Source: Vicugna vicugna (lineage: Eukaryota). Taken from it: a DNA stretch of 64,000 nucleotides. Positions 62,701 through 64,000 of the stretch are shown one piece after another; the stretch's first letter is position 1, and each line of letters starts with the position of its first letter. The notes under the pieces are model-generated. The model made no database searches. It had not been told where the DNA came from and saw only the letters and a program-made list of their open reading frames with translations. The stretch is taken from the NCBI GenBank assembly GCA_013265495.1, contig MU057947.1:196048-260047 (forward strand). Reading direction: 5' to 3'. The position numbers were made by a program, and so were the translations under genes.

Positions 62701-63604
62701 CCTCCTCTGTGACGCCACTCTCGATGTCGCTGATACTAACAGCGGCTCTCCTCATCTGTAGCAGGTGTCTTGCTGCACAGCGGGGCAAAGCCCTGCGCGT
62801 GCAGAGCTCAAACCAGGCCTGCGTCCCTGTGGGGAGACGTGCAGAGCAACGCGCTGCCAGCAGGACGCCCCTACTCCCCCGAGGACTCCGAGAGGGGAGG
62901 TTTGACGTGCATCCAGGCATCACCTGGTGAGCGGTGATACAGACAGAGAAGGCGTGCGGGGTCCGCGCTGCTGGGCAAACAGGAGCGCGCATCTGAAGCC
63001 GGGTTTCTACACCTGCCCCACTCTCGGGGAACGGAGGGCCTCTGGTCTTGATTCCAGCTTGAAGAAAATAATAAAAATCGTGAATATTACCAAGCCTCAG
63101 AAGCAAGCTCCACGCTTTGTGCACGGACTCGGACAGCGGGGGCTTCCCCACGCTTTGGGACAGCAAGCTCCTCAGCAGAGTTTTGAAATGAAAAATAAGT
63201 AGACACTTTCCTTTGTGACACTAAAATGGCACTGAAGACCACCATCTGCTCCTAAAGGCTCACTGAAGGGACCTCAGGAATCTGCTCAGTGTTCTGACAG
63301 CTAAAGCTCATCACTTTAGGACTAAAATTCCACATTAGATACTAGAAAAAAAGGGTTGAAATTTCTCAGTAAGACCCAACTGCAGGGTAAACAGCTTATT
63401 CGTCAGAAGTTTGAGCCTTTCCAAGCACTTAATGCTTTTCTCTTTTGTACTATGGGCTGAAGTAATTAATGGCATATTTTAGGGGGCATATCTTAAAACC
63501 CATGTAAATGTAGAAACAGTATGATAAAACATTTTTCAGATCCAAGAGCAACCAAATATTGGGTTTCACCACTGTTTCCCAAACTGGAACATTCCATCTT
63601 CTAA

Positions 63605-63915
63605 CAGGAAGACCTCAGAGGCATTGCGGGTTCGGCTCCAAACCACCACAGCAAAGCAAGTATTACAATAAAGCAAGTCCCACGCGATTTTTGGTTTCCC
63701 AGTGCATGTAAAAGTTATGTTTACATACACTGTAGCCTAGTAAGTGTGCAAAAGCATTACGTCTAAAAAAAGAATGGACACACTTAACTTTAGAATAATG
63801 CTGTTGGGAAAACGGCGTTGGTAGACGTGCCCGACGCGAGGCTGCTACAACCTTCAGTGTGGAAAAAACGCAGGATCTGCAGAGAAGTGAAGCACAGTAA
63901 AAGGATGCGTGGCTG
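63605..63915 (-). mobile_element. Tigger1-derived internally deleted DNA transposon (both ends present)
   Basis: One end reads 'caggaagacctcagaggcattgcgggttcggctccaaaccacc...ggtttcccagtgcatgtaaaagttatgtttac'. The other reads 'gaaaacggcgttggtagacgtgcccgacgcgaggctgctacaaccttca...aaaaaacgcaggatctgc'. Confidence 0.85.
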
Positions 63916-64000
63916 TGGCTGCGAGCGACCCAGGCTCAGGGACCAGCATCCAGGGGACTGGGAGTCCTCCGTGAGACAGAGGTACCTTGCAGCAACGGTC

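Noticed and set aside
1..64000. CRISPR arrays, operons, prokaryotic defence systems or viral genes
   Set aside because: The sequence is mammalian repeat-rich DNA with no regularly spaced repeats and no gene-dense region.

Overview
This is mammalian non-coding genomic DNA, most likely from a camelid (camel, alpaca or llama), judged from two tRNA-derived SINEs of the camelid vic-1 type and camelid-style L1 3' ends. I recognise no protein-coding exon, RNA gene or prokaryotic-type system. The ORF track is explained by chance ORFs in GC-rich DNA, decayed repeats and a 233-nt N gap. The window reads as a large intron or gene desert. It contains many fossil TEs (L1, L2, MIR, MLT1/MaLR LTRs, MER20, Tigger1) and several repeat-free, AT-rich, TAAT-dense blocks that resemble developmental enhancers. 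Three observations stand out. (1) An ~800-bp reverse-transcriptase fossil at ~37.7-38.5 kb has residual motifs resembling fish/reptile-type L2-clade LINEs rather than ordinary mammalian L2. (2) Short tracts inside old repeats (29.7, 30.7 and 31.8-32.05 kb) carry almost only A/T to G/C changes, consistent with fossil GC-biased gene conversion hotspots. (3) A near-consensus RE1/NRSE site lies inside an L2 3' end. Repeat family names and consensus comparisons come from memory of the families, not from a database search, and boundaries are approximate.
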